A DNA stretch of 64,000 nt from an uncultured Chloroflexia bacterium (GTDB lineage: Bacteria; Chloroflexota; Anaerolineae; Anaerolineales; Villigracilaceae): positions 90,284 to 154,283 of the forward strand of contig CAVYTW010000010.1 in assembly GCA_963771375.1 (NCBI GenBank), in the 5' to 3' direction. The position numbers and the translations under genes are program-made. This document shows, piece by piece, positions 1-7,989 of the stretch (its first letter is position 1; every line of letters starts with the position of its first letter). The notes beneath the pieces are model-generated. The model did not search any database. It was not told the origin of the DNA and saw only the letters and a list, made by a program, of their open reading frames with translations.

Positions 1-573
1 TTTGATGGTTGTCGCACGTTGACGGAAGGTCTCGCGCACTTCGGGATTGACTGCCAAATCGGCGTAGCGTTGTCGAGCGCGCAGTTCCGCATCTTCCAAT
101 GCGGCATATCGGACAACGGTGCCATCGTCTTGCGTCACGTCTTTGTCAGCGGGCAAGGGACTCACAGCTTTGGCAAGCAGTTTGAAGTCATGAACATGAA
201 GCGTAACTTCGCCGGTTTTGGTGCGGAACATCACGCCCGAGGCTTGAATGAAATCACCGATGTCAAACATCTTATTGAAGAAGTCGACGCGCTCCTGAGT
301 CAATTCGTTGATACGAAGGAAAAGTTGAATTTTTCCGGCGCCGTCTTCGATGTGGGCAAATGAAATCTTACCCATCGCACGTGTCGCTCGGATGCGTCCT
401 GCCAGAGTCGCTTTGACTTCACGGCCAGCTTTTTCAGCTGATTCAAATTCGGCAATCGCTTGCACGCTGGTGTGCGTTCGTTCGGCGCGCGTGGGATAGA
501 GCTCCACGCCCTCGGTACGGAGCTCTTCGATTTTTTGCAAACGGATTTTTTCAAGTGATGTGTATTCTGGCAT
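1..573 (-). CDS. lysS: Lysine--tRNA ligase, N-terminal 191 codons (gene runs off the left edge)
   Basis: Absent from the ORF track because it is open at the window edge. Reverse translation from ATG at 573 gives MPEYTSLEKIRLQKIEELRTEGVELYPTRAERTHTSVQAI...GRIRATRAMGKISFAHIEDGAGKIQLFLR. This is the class II LysRS N-terminal helix plus OB-fold anticodon-binding domain. ORFs 19..363(+) and 300..593(-) are shadow frames of it. Confidence 0.85.
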   Translation of the reverse strand, partial: MPEYTSLEKIRLQKIEELRTEGVELYPTRAERTHTSVQAIAEFESAEKAGREVKATLAGRIRATRAMGKISFAHIEDGAGKIQLFLRINELTQERVDFFNKMFDIGDFIQASGVMFRTKTGEVTLHVHDFKLLAKAVSPLPADKDVTQDDGTVVRYAALEDAELRARQRYADLAVNPEVRETFRQRATTIK

Positions 574-587
574 TTGATTCCTCTAAG

Positions 588-656
588 CCTCACCCGTCCC
601 TTCGGGACACCCTCCCCAAATATATGAAAGATATATTTGGGGAGGGCAGGGGGGCG
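588..656. repeat. GC-rich palindromic intergenic element, family A copy 1 (CCCTCCCCA...TGGGGAGGG hairpin)
   Basis: Perfect 16-nt inverted repeat 'ccctccccaaatatat' (610..625) / 'atatatttggggaggg' (631..646), set inside a G/C-rich imperfect palindrome. Related copies lie at 2050..2160 and 19721..19791. Confidence 0.7.
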
Positions 657-660
657 AAAA

Positions 661-699
661 TAAAAAAGCCCCGCGGCCTGATTGCAGACGCGCGGGGCC
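661..699 (-). terminator. Intrinsic terminator downstream of greA
   Basis: On the minus strand: GCCCCGCG(691..698 rc)...CGCGGGGC(668..675 rc) stem followed by TTTTTT (662..667 rc), about 17 nt after the greA stop. Confidence 0.65.
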
Positions 700-715
700 G
701 CAAGTCAATCGCGAT

Positions 716-1189
716 TTACTTGACCTTGATGATCTTGACTTTGTACGTTCCGTTCGGCGTTTCGACGTGCACCGTTTCGCCGATCTCATGATTCAGAATG
801 GCTTTGCCGATCGGCAATTCGTTCGAGATTTTCCCTTCGCGTGGGTTGGCCTCCGCCGCTCCGACGATGGTATAGGTCTCGGCGTCAAAGCCCTGTTCCT
901 GGATGGTCACAGTGGAGCCGATCTCCACCAAGCCTGCCTGATGATTCTTTTCCTTTTCTTCCTCAATCACACACGCTGAAGCCAATAGCGTTTCCAATTC
1001 CTGAATGCGGCCTTCGACAAAGGCCTGTTCATTCTTGGCCGCCTCGTATTCGGCGTTCTCGATGAGCTCCCCGCCTTCCATGGCTTCGTGCAAGCGGTCA
1101 GCCACCTCCTGGCGCTTGACGGTGCGCAGGTGCTCAAGTTCGTCCTGAAGCTTTTGAAAACCTTCCTTGGTCAGGAATTTCGCGGTCAT
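716..1189 (-). CDS. greA: Transcription elongation factor GreA
   Basis: 157 aa: MTAKFLTKEGFQKLQDELEHLRTVKRQEVADRL...AEYEAAKNEQAFVEGRIQELE (coiled-coil) plus a C-terminal FKBP-like domain ...TYTIVGAAEANPREGKISNELPIGKAIL. Full-length match to the GreA architecture. Confidence 0.95.
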   Translation of the reverse strand: MTAKFLTKEGFQKLQDELEHLRTVKRQEVADRLHEAMEGGELIENAEYEAAKNEQAFVEGRIQELETLLASACVIEEEKEKNHQAGLVEIGSTVTIQEQGFDAETYTIVGAAEANPREGKISNELPIGKAILNHEIGETVHVETPNGTYKVKIIKVK

Positions 1190-1297
1190 AATACTTTCCT
1201 TACTAAAGAATTTGCATCCTTTTCAGGATGCAATGACGTGCCATTTCCAACGGCGCGCTTAATATATCACGATTCAAAACCCGATGCAAGCGCGGCT

Positions 1298-2032
1298 TTA
1301 ACCGGTCTGGGCGGGTTTCCAAAAGCGGATGCCTTTTCGCTCCGCCCAATATTTACTGATCTTTTGACGCATGACATTCGGGGAATCGAACAAAGTGGAT
1401 AATTGCGAGGCGTATATTTCAATCGCGTCCTGCCAGACCTTGAGCCCGGCTTCGGAAACCGGCTGAGTTGAATCCTTCATCCGGGCCGTTTTCGGCGCGA
1501 GATCGTCTGGGTCATTCAATAAATACGGAATATCGGCGATCCAAGCGATGGAACGACGAAGCAATTCTGCGGCGCTTCGTACAACAAGGTGATCGACATG
1601 TCCGCCAACTGCCAACTGTGCGATGACAAAGTCGTCCGGCTTCAACCAGGCGATCATGGTTTGCGCAACTTGCGCGGGGAGGTCCGCCTCGGCCGGGTTG
1701 GAACCGATGAATGTATCAGGATATAAGAATTCGCCGTTCTTCCCGCGGCGGTAAATGCAGTCCAGAAAATCAAAGTGGACGGCTTTCGCGCCAACCATAG
1801 CCGATACCTTCTGATCATCCGCACGCCGGATGCGAACGGTTTCTTCAGCAGAAGTCGTTCCCCATGACTCATGAAGATGTTTTGCAAAATCCGTCAGTTC
1901 TGTATCTTCGGGGAAGCCGCACATGAACGTCCAAATCTCGACCGAATCTCCAGCCTGAGTCTGGTCATAAATCCATCCGCCTGCGGAGAGGATGGCATCA
2001 TCAAGATGAGGGGAAAAGTAAATGTGGCGCAT
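1298..2032 (-). CDS. PIG-L/LmbE-family N-acetylglucosaminyl deacetylase
   Basis: ORF 1298..2209 trimmed to the ATG at 2032 (MRHIYFSPHLDDAILSAGG...). It has the SPHxDD and 'GGHVDHLVV' (HxDH) zinc-site motifs. The 59 upstream codons of the long ORF run through repeat 2050..2160 and are unlikely to be coding. Confidence 0.8.
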   Translation of the reverse strand: MRHIYFSPHLDDAILSAGGWIYDQTQAGDSVEIWTFMCGFPEDTELTDFAKHLHESWGTTSAEETVRIRRADDQKVSAMVGAKAVHFDFLDCIYRRGKNGEFLYPDTFIGSNPAEADLPAQVAQTMIAWLKPDDFVIAQLAVGGHVDHLVVRSAAELLRRSIAWIADIPYLLNDPDDLAPKTARMKDSTQPVSEAGLKVWQDAIEIYASQLSTLFDSPNVMRQKISKYWAERKGIRFWKPAQTG

Positions 2033-2049
2033 TAGCTCTATTCTAGCAT

Positions 2050-2160
2050 GAATGCCCCACCCGACCATCCCGCAAAGAACAACGGGCAAGCGGTCACCCT
2101 CCCCAAATTCTGCGAAGCACTCCCGAAGGGAGCAGAATTTGGGGAGGGCCGGGGAGGGGC
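2050..2160. repeat. GC-rich palindromic intergenic element, family A copy 2
   Basis: Perfect 17-nt inverted repeat 'ccctccccaaattctgc' (2097..2113) / 'gcagaatttggggaggg' (2132..2148). Outer G/C-rich arms 'gccccacccgacc' ... 'ccggggaggggc' are themselves roughly complementary. Confidence 0.7.
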
Positions 2161-2297
2161 TACTTTTTCTCTTCCTTATCCTTCTTGTGGTTTTGGAATG
2201 AAAGCACAAAACCCAGAATCAGAATCCCAAGCACCAGCCCTAATGCGCAGCAGGTGAAAGCCAGCATCAACGTTAACGAAAGCGGAGGAGTTTGCAT
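2160..2297 (-). CDS. Possible 45-aa single-pass membrane peptide (not in ORF track, below its size cut-off)
   Basis: ATG at 2297 preceded by GGAGA at -10. Translation is MQTPPLSLTLMLAFTCCALGLVLGILILGFVLSFQNHKKDKEEKK, a hydrophobic helix plus a basic tail. No homology argument, so weak. Confidence 0.3.
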   Translation of the reverse strand: MQTPPLSLTLMLAFTCCALGLVLGILILGFVLSFQNHKKDKEEKK

Positions 2298-2463
2298 GAA
2301 GTTCTCCAGTGGATGATTTTGTGCTAGTATAGTATAGAAGACGAAACTCGGTCCAAGGAAGTAATTGGCTGGCAGTATTTAATTTGCAAGTTGATCCTTG
2401 TAGAGGCAAAATGATCAAACAGGGGCTTTTTGCTTTACCTCACAAACCTGCAAGTCCGCTTAA

Positions 2464-2492
2464 TTGACGCATCCATTTCTTGCATGTATAAT
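2464..2492 (+). promoter_or_regulatory. Sigma-70-like promoter for the DUF4388/GTPase operon
   Basis: TTGACG (2464..2469), 17 nt, TATAAT (2487..2492), 44 nt upstream of the ATG at 2536. Confidence 0.45.
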
Positions 2493-2535
2493 CCCTTCCA
2501 CTTGCTCCCAACGTGGGAGCTTCCTATGAGGCGAT

Positions 2536-3348
2536 ATGGCTTTACGCGGCAATCTGCGTGACTTCACGATTACTCAACTGCTCAACCTGATTAACCTGGC
2601 GCAAAAGACCGGCACGCTGGTCGTGGATGGTCCAAGCGAACAGGCTCACATCTCGTTCCGCGAGGGCAAGCTGGCTTATGCTCAAATCGGCACGGAAGAG
2701 AATAGCCTGGCAGCTATCTTGCATAAAGCCAACAAGCTGAACGTCAATCAATATCGTGCGATTGCCGAACGCGCCGGTCAAATGACCGATAAGGAACTCG
2801 GCCTTTTGCTGATCAACGCCGGTTATGTTTCGCAGGAAGATATCCTTCTCAATCTGCAAAGCTATTTCACCGATGTGATCCGCCGCCTCTTTACCTGGGT
2901 CGAAGGCTTCTTCCGTTTCGAGAACGATATGCTTCCGCCCGAAGACCGCATCAACGTGCGGCTCGATCTCGAAAATTTAATTATCGAAGGCTCGCGTCAA
3001 TTGCGCGAATGGGAAGAGCTACAAGATGAGATTCCCAGTCTCGATATGGCGCTCAAATTCACCGACCGTCCGATGACGAATTTCAATCTCAGCGTCGAAG
3101 AATGGCGCGTGGTCAAGTATATTGATCCGAAGAACAGCATGAAGCAGATCGCTTCGGCGGCGAAGCTGAACGACATGGAAATCCGCCGCATCGTTTATGG
3201 GCTGATCCAGGCAGGTCTCGTCGAGATGATCCGCCCGCAAAGCGCTCAAATGGTGCCGCAAGTGAATCCGAAGATGTTCCCGACGCAGGATAAAGAAGAA
3301 CAAAAGACGCTCATCAATAAACTGATCGGGCGCATTCAGAAGCTGTAA
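2536..3348 (+). CDS. DUF4388 (PATAN-type) domain protein with C-terminal winged-helix-like module
   Basis: N-terminus MALRGNLRDFTITQLLNLINLAQKTGTLVV...FREGKLAYA matches my recollection of the DUF4388 signature. The C-terminal 'EEWRVVKYIDPKNSMKQIASAAKLNDMEIRRIVYGLIQAGLVEM' looks wHTH-like. Confidence 0.75.
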   Translation: MALRGNLRDFTITQLLNLINLAQKTGTLVVDGPSEQAHISFREGKLAYAQIGTEENSLAAILHKANKLNVNQYRAIAERAGQMTDKELGLLLINAGYVSQEDILLNLQSYFTDVIRRLFTWVEGFFRFENDMLPPEDRINVRLDLENLIIEGSRQLREWEELQDEIPSLDMALKFTDRPMTNFNLSVEEWRVVKYIDPKNSMKQIASAAKLNDMEIRRIVYGLIQAGLVEMIRPQSAQMVPQVNPKMFPTQDKEEQKTLINKLIGRIQKL

Positions 3349-3373
3349 TTTTATTTGGGAAGGATACAGAATT

Positions 3374-3913
3374 ATGCAAACAGTCAAAATGGTGGTCACA
3401 GGCCCTTTCAGCGCCGGCAAGACTCAATTCATTCAGTCGGTGAGCGAGATTGATGTGGTTGCCACGGAACGAAAAATCTCCACTGCCTCAGAGCGATCTG
3501 TCAAAGATGCGACCACGGTCGCGATGGACTTTGGCCGTATAACCGTGGATGAAGATTTGGTTCTGTATTTGTTCGGGACTCCCGGCCAGAAACGATTCGA
3601 CTTCATGTGGGAGATTCTCTCGGAGGGCATGTTAGGCTTCATTGTCATGGTGGATTCGACCCGCCCCGAAACTTTCCGCGAAGCCCGTTCCATTCTCGAG
3701 ACTTTTCGCGCCTATGCGCCCACGCCGTATGTTGTTGCCGCGAACAAACAGGATATGAAGGATGCCTGGGAGTTGGAGGATGTGCGTCATGCACTGCGGC
3801 TGGATACCAAGACCAAGCTGTTGCCTTGTGTTGGTACCGATAAGACGCAAGTCAAGAAGGTCTTGTTGGAATTGCTTTACAGTATTCTGGCGGAAATGGA
3901 TTCGGGTAAATAG
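3374..3913 (+). CDS. Small Ras-like GTPase, CvnD/MglA-related (COG2229 'ATP/GTP-binding protein')
   Basis: P-loop 'GPFSAGKTQF', switch II 'LYLFGTPGQKRFDFMW', and 'AANKQD' (NKxD). 179 aa. The 'GTPGQ.RF.FMW' block is as in conservon CvnD proteins. Confidence 0.85.
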   Translation: MQTVKMVVTGPFSAGKTQFIQSVSEIDVVATERKISTASERSVKDATTVAMDFGRITVDEDLVLYLFGTPGQKRFDFMWEILSEGMLGFIVMVDSTRPETFREARSILETFRAYAPTPYVVAANKQDMKDAWELEDVRHALRLDTKTKLLPCVGTDKTQVKKVLLELLYSILAEMDSGK

Positions 3914-3980
3914 TTGTTGTTTATTTGGTAAAATATCACCGCTGAGGTTCAATCCTCGGCGGTGAATTGTTTTGCAAAAT

Positions 3981-4027
3981 GTCGTTGTGAGTCTTTAAGA
4001 AGCAATCCTATTTTTGGGGATTGCTTC
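3981..4027. repeat. Family B palindromic element, degenerate copy
   Basis: 'gtcgttgtgagtctttaaGAAGCAATCCtatttttGGGGATTGCTTC': a diverged 'GTCATTGCGAG..GAAGCAATCC' unit followed by an inverted copy of its 3' end. The N-terminal 34 codons of ORF 3962..4870 read through it. Confidence 0.55.
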
Positions 4028-4063
4028 AAAAAAATATCCCTTACAACGACATGGGAATCGTTC

Positions 4064-4870
4064 ATGTCTTCAATAACGACTGATCAGGGAATCGTTCACT
4101 ACGAAGTATATGGGCGGGGCAAGCCTGTCATCCTGTTGCATGGATATCAAGGCTCATGGGGGTTATGGCAGGAGACGATGGCTTATCTCGGTGCATTTTA
4201 TCGAACTTATGCCCTGGATTTTTGGGGCTTTGGCGAGTCGGGTACCAAGCGCGAAACCTACGCCGTGCAGGATTTTGTCGGCCTTGTTAATCAATTCATG
4301 GAACAACTCGGGATTGCCCGCGCTCCGTTGGTGGGACACAGCATGGGTGGAACCGTTAGCCTGGCTGTCTCCATCAAATATCCGGAGCGCGTCAGCAAAG
4401 TTGTGATCATCGGCTCTCCCATAGTTGGATCATCGCTATTCTTTTTTCCAAAGGTTTTTGGTTATCGGGCATTTGGATGGCTCACCTATCACAATATCTG
4501 GGTCTATAAATCTTTTTATCATTTGCTGGCTTCTGTTTATTCGAAGGATCGCAATTGGGCAAAGATGATGGATCGCGATGTTTCCCGCACCACCATGCAG
4601 GCTTTCTTCGCCAGTATCGGCTCACTGCGCAAGACGGATTTGCGCCCCAGCCTCGGCCAGATCAGCGTGCCGGTCTTGGGCATGTTCGGCGACAAGGATA
4701 TTGTCGTTAATCCGAATCAATGGAAGCCTCTGCAAGCGGGAGTGCCGCAGGCGCGCGTCGAACGCTTCAGCCAAGCGGGTCATTTCATCATGCTGGATGA
4801 ACCCACCGAATTTAGTCAGAAGCTCAAGGCTTTTCTTGACGAGCCGGAGCCGCCTCATTTAACCTTATGA
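4064..4870 (+). CDS. Alpha/beta-fold hydrolase (intact Ser-Asp-His)
   Basis: Trimmed to the ATG at 4064 (MSSITTDQGIVHYEVYGRGKPVILLHG...). Nucleophile elbow 'VGHSMGG', 'GDKDIVV', 'AGHFIMLDEP'. Paralogous to 16721..17509. Confidence 0.85.
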   Translation: MSSITTDQGIVHYEVYGRGKPVILLHGYQGSWGLWQETMAYLGAFYRTYALDFWGFGESGTKRETYAVQDFVGLVNQFMEQLGIARAPLVGHSMGGTVSLAVSIKYPERVSKVVIIGSPIVGSSLFFFPKVFGYRAFGWLTYHNIWVYKSFYHLLASVYSKDRNWAKMMDRDVSRTTMQAFFASIGSLRKTDLRPSLGQISVPVLGMFGDKDIVVNPNQWKPLQAGVPQARVERFSQAGHFIMLDEPTEFSQKLKAFLDEPEPPHLTL

Positions 4871-5484
4871 CCGAATATTTTTATTCTGAGCGGATGGCAC
4901 GCATCATCCTGCTTGCCATGGAGGAAGTGATCGGAAGGGAAGGCGTTCATTCCGTCCTCCATCTATCTTCTCTCGCCTCCTACGTAGACGACTATCCGGC
5001 CGCGCGCTCCGATAAAACTTTTCCATTCAAGGCGGTGACTCAGCTTCAAGAATTGCTGGAGCAGTTTTACGGTCCGCAGGGCGGACGCGGGACAGCTTTG
5101 CGAGTTGGACGCGCCTGCTTCCAGTATGGTTTGCGCGAATATGGTTCCATGCTGGGCATGACTGAGATGGCTTTTCGCCTGCTCCCGTTTTCGACGAAAA
5201 TCCATACAGGCGCAAAGTTGTTTGCTGATTTATTTAATAATCAGACCGATCAACGTGTTCGGCTTGAGGAGAAGGATGGAAAGTTGTTTTGGCACATTGA
5301 GCGCTGTCCGCTGTGTTGGGAACGCAAGACGAGCGAACCGGTTTGCCATTTGGCAGTGGGACTTTTGCAGGAGGCGCTTTACTGGCTGAGTGGTGGTAAG
5401 ATATTCAGTGTTGAGGAGATTGCCTGCATTGCGCGCGGTGACCCTGCCTGTACCATCGTCGTTGACCCAACGCCTCTATCGTAG
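4867..5484 (+). CDS. V4R-domain protein (putative small-molecule-binding sensor)
   Basis: 4-nt overlap with the hydrolase gene. The C-terminal 'WHIERCPLCWERKTSEPVCHLAVGLLQEALYWLSGG...CIARGDPACTIVV' matches the V4R (4-vinyl-reductase-type) domain with its Cys cluster. Confidence 0.7.
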   Translation: MTEYFYSERMARIILLAMEEVIGREGVHSVLHLSSLASYVDDYPAARSDKTFPFKAVTQLQELLEQFYGPQGGRGTALRVGRACFQYGLREYGSMLGMTEMAFRLLPFSTKIHTGAKLFADLFNNQTDQRVRLEEKDGKLFWHIERCPLCWERKTSEPVCHLAVGLLQEALYWLSGGKIFSVEEIACIARGDPACTIVVDPTPLS

Positions 5485-5508
5485 AGGCTCGGATTCTCTA
5501 ACAAAATA

Positions 5509-5540
5509 GCAGGGACGGGATATTATTCCCCGCCCCTGCT
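5509..5540 (+). terminator. GC-rich hairpin after the V4R gene (possible terminator; weak U-tract)
   Basis: 'agcagggacggg' (5509..5520) pairs with 'cccgcccctgct' (5529..5540) and is immediately followed by 'ataatt'. Confidence 0.4.
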
Positions 5541-5560
5541 ATAATTAAGTTTTAGGAACC

Positions 5561-6838
5561 ATGCTTAAAATCATTCTTAATGCACCCAATGTCATCATGC
5601 CATTCTGCGAGTTGGCGCGCGAACTGCGTCTGCAAAATGCGCCGCTTTGGCTTTGGCAAAGAAATTTGCTCGCACCCTACGTGACGCGTGAGATGGAATT
5701 GAAAAAAGGCATGTCCATGCCGCCCGTCCGCGAGCCAACTCTGGTTTATCGCGATAATCTGTTTTTCGATGAGCCGTACATTCGGACTTTTCTGGCGGAG
5801 GCCAAAAAACGCAGGCGGGCTGTGCGCGCTGCATTCTCCGCGGACGATCCGGCATTCAAAGAACATGCCTTGCCGCTTTCGACATCCTATACACCGGCGG
5901 GGAGCATCTATCTTGCGGATTTGTGGTATTACCCCAACGGCCCGGTGGCGGATGTGGACCCTTTGGTGATCGATTTGCAATCGCGTGAGATCGGCTATTA
6001 TCATGTCCCGACTTATATGGCCGATCAAAGCGGCGACTTACTTTTCCATGTGCCGCTGCGTTCGTTGATCGCCATCGATTCGTGGGTGCATATTTTCATC
6101 GCCGATGTAGTATTCGGTTTATTCGGACGCGGCGCGCGCTTTGAAAAACGCCTCAATGAAGATTTGGGATTCAAGTTGGGAGTTCTTAGCAAGGCAGTCT
6201 ATGAAGGACGCCAATTGCTGGAATCTTCTGAACTGGTAAGGATTGGCAAGAACTGCGTGATTGATCCGCGTGCCGTTATTCATGGTCCGACCACCATCGG
6301 CGATAATGTCATGGTCAACGCGGGCGCGGTGATCGAGAACTGCATTATTGGAAACAACGTCAACGTTTCGCAGGATTGCCAGTTGATGCTTTCCGTGGTG
6401 GGCGATGGAACATTCCTGCCGTTCCGCGCGGCGTTGTTCATGACCACCGTTATGGAAAACAGCATGATCGCGCAGAACACTTGTCTGCAAATGTGCGTGG
6501 TGGGACGCAATACGTTTATCGGTGCCGGTTCGACGTTCACTGATTACAACCTTGTCCCGGCGCCATTGAAGGCTCTGGACGGGAATGGAAAGTTGAGCGT
6601 TTCAAACCGTCCGGTAATGGGTGGCGCAGTGGGACATAACTGCCGCCTCGGCGCGGGCATGATTGTTTATCCATCGCGTATGATCGAATTGGATGTAGTC
6701 TTAGCCGCCTCGAAGGAGCGCCGCGTCATTGACCGCGATGTGCGCTTTGAAGATAGTGACCATCATCATTTTAAGTCAGGGAATTTGCATCAAGCCCTAT
6801 ACCATCGCCGGAAAGAAAAGGAATTGGAGTCATGGTAG
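5561..6838 (+). CDS. Hexapeptide-repeat (left-handed beta-helix) protein, acyl-/nucleotidyl-transferase-like
   Basis: The C-terminal half has imperfect hexapeptide repeats 'IHGPTTIGDNVMVNAGAVIENCIIGNNVNVSQDCQLMLSVVGDGTF...VVGRNTFIGAGSTF'. The N-terminal ~230 aa is unassigned. Confidence 0.6.
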   Translation: MLKIILNAPNVIMPFCELARELRLQNAPLWLWQRNLLAPYVTREMELKKGMSMPPVREPTLVYRDNLFFDEPYIRTFLAEAKKRRRAVRAAFSADDPAFKEHALPLSTSYTPAGSIYLADLWYYPNGPVADVDPLVIDLQSREIGYYHVPTYMADQSGDLLFHVPLRSLIAIDSWVHIFIADVVFGLFGRGARFEKRLNEDLGFKLGVLSKAVYEGRQLLESSELVRIGKNCVIDPRAVIHGPTTIGDNVMVNAGAVIENCIIGNNVNVSQDCQLMLSVVGDGTFLPFRAALFMTTVMENSMIAQNTCLQMCVVGRNTFIGAGSTFTDYNLVPAPLKALDGNGKLSVSNRPVMGGAVGHNCRLGAGMIVYPSRMIELDVVLAASKERRVIDRDVRFEDSDHHHFKSGNLHQALYHRRKEKELESW

Positions 6839-6843
6839 GTATA

Positions 6844-6865
6844 TCATTGCGAACGAAACAATGAC
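6844..6865. repeat. Short palindrome related to family B ('TCATTGCGAAcgaaaCAATGA')
   Basis: 'tcattgcgaacgaaacaatgac' lies between the LbH gene stop and the next ATG. It shares the 'TCATTGCGA' end of family B. Confidence 0.35.
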
Positions 6866-6879
6866 ATCTGGGAATTTCT

Positions 6880-7980
6880 ATGGATAGTTTCGCGTTCATC
6901 ATCCATCCCATTGACCCGAAGCGCGATGTCAGCCGCAAATTTCCATTGCTCGGCAAAGTCTTGACAGAAGGCCAGATCAATTTCTTTTCCACGTTCTTTC
7001 CGCCGGTTTATCTTTCTGAGATCGAAGGTATTACTTCCGCCGCGACCGGCCAGCAGATCAAAGGCTGGTTTGTGGCTTGTCCTTACACACCGAAACGCAT
7101 GATGGAGTTGCCGGAGCGAACGGTATATCGTAAGATTATCCAAACCGGACGGATGGCTGAGAAGTTGGGCGCGCAGATTTTAGGGTTGGGCGCGTTTACA
7201 TCGGTGGTCGGTGACGCGGGCATGACCATTGCGAAGCAACTTGATATTCCGGTTACCACCGGCGATTCGTATACGGTCTCGCTGGCTGTTCAAGCAATAC
7301 GAGATGCAGCAAAAGTGATGGATATTTCGCTGAATGGGGCAACGGCGGCAGTGGTCGGTGCGACGGGTGCGATTGGCCGCGTCTGCGCGGAACTGTTAGC
7401 GGGTGATGTGGAACGCCTGATCTTGATCGCCAGGGACGAGAAAAAGCTCGAGGATTTGAGCGACCAGCTCAAAGTCAACGCGCGAGCCGAATTGAACATC
7501 AGCACGAAGATGGAATTGCTCGCCGAAGCACAGTTGATCCTGACAGTGACGAGCGCCATTCATGATATTATTCATCCCGAGCATTTGCAATCGGGAAGTG
7601 TGGTTTGCGATGTGGCGCGCCCCCGCGATGTTTCTGCAATGGTCGCGGCGGCCAGAGATGATATATTAGTCATTGACGGTGGAATGGTGGATGTGCCAGG
7701 CCCCGTAAATTTTCATTTTGATTTTGGCTTTCCCGAAGGAAAGGCATATGCCTGCATGGCTGAAACGATGGCTCTTGCTTTGGAAGGCCGCTTCGAGGAT
7801 TATACGATTGGCAAGGATATTACATTGGAACGTGTGAACGAGATCACTGCCATTGCAAAGAAGCACGGGTTCCGCCTGAGTGGGTTCCGCTCGTTTGAGC
7901 GCGAGGTGACGGAGGAACAAATCGAAATTGTGCGCCGCAATGCTCACCGGACGCGTGTTGTGGAACTACGGAGTGTTTGA
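6880..7980 (+). CDS. COG5322-type NAD(P)-dependent oxidoreductase, acyl-ACP-reductase (AAR)-like
   Basis: Collinear with cyanobacterial AAR as I recall it: 'FAFIIHPID' (cf. FGLIGH), 'LGLGAFTSVVGD' (cf. GGFTSI), Rossmann 'AAVVGATGAIGRVCAELL' (cf. VAVVGATGDIGSAV), 'YACMAETMALALEG' (cf. FACFAEAMLLEFEG), and 'ITLERVNEITAIAKKHGF'. The Cys at codon 292 (7753..7755) aligns with the AAR thioester Cys. Confidence 0.7.
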   Translation: MDSFAFIIHPIDPKRDVSRKFPLLGKVLTEGQINFFSTFFPPVYLSEIEGITSAATGQQIKGWFVACPYTPKRMMELPERTVYRKIIQTGRMAEKLGAQILGLGAFTSVVGDAGMTIAKQLDIPVTTGDSYTVSLAVQAIRDAAKVMDISLNGATAAVVGATGAIGRVCAELLAGDVERLILIARDEKKLEDLSDQLKVNARAELNISTKMELLAEAQLILTVTSAIHDIIHPEHLQSGSVVCDVARPRDVSAMVAAARDDILVIDGGMVDVPGPVNFHFDFGFPEGKAYACMAETMALALEGRFEDYTIGKDITLERVNEITAIAKKHGFRLSGFRSFEREVTEEQIEIVRRNAHRTRVVELRSV

Positions 7981-7989
7981 GGAGGTTCT

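Noticed and set aside
6880..7980. Cyanobacterial-type alkane pathway (AAR + aldehyde-deformylating oxygenase)
   Set aside because: No ferritin-like ADO gene is adjacent or anywhere in the window. Only the reductase-like gene is present, so I describe it only as AAR-like.
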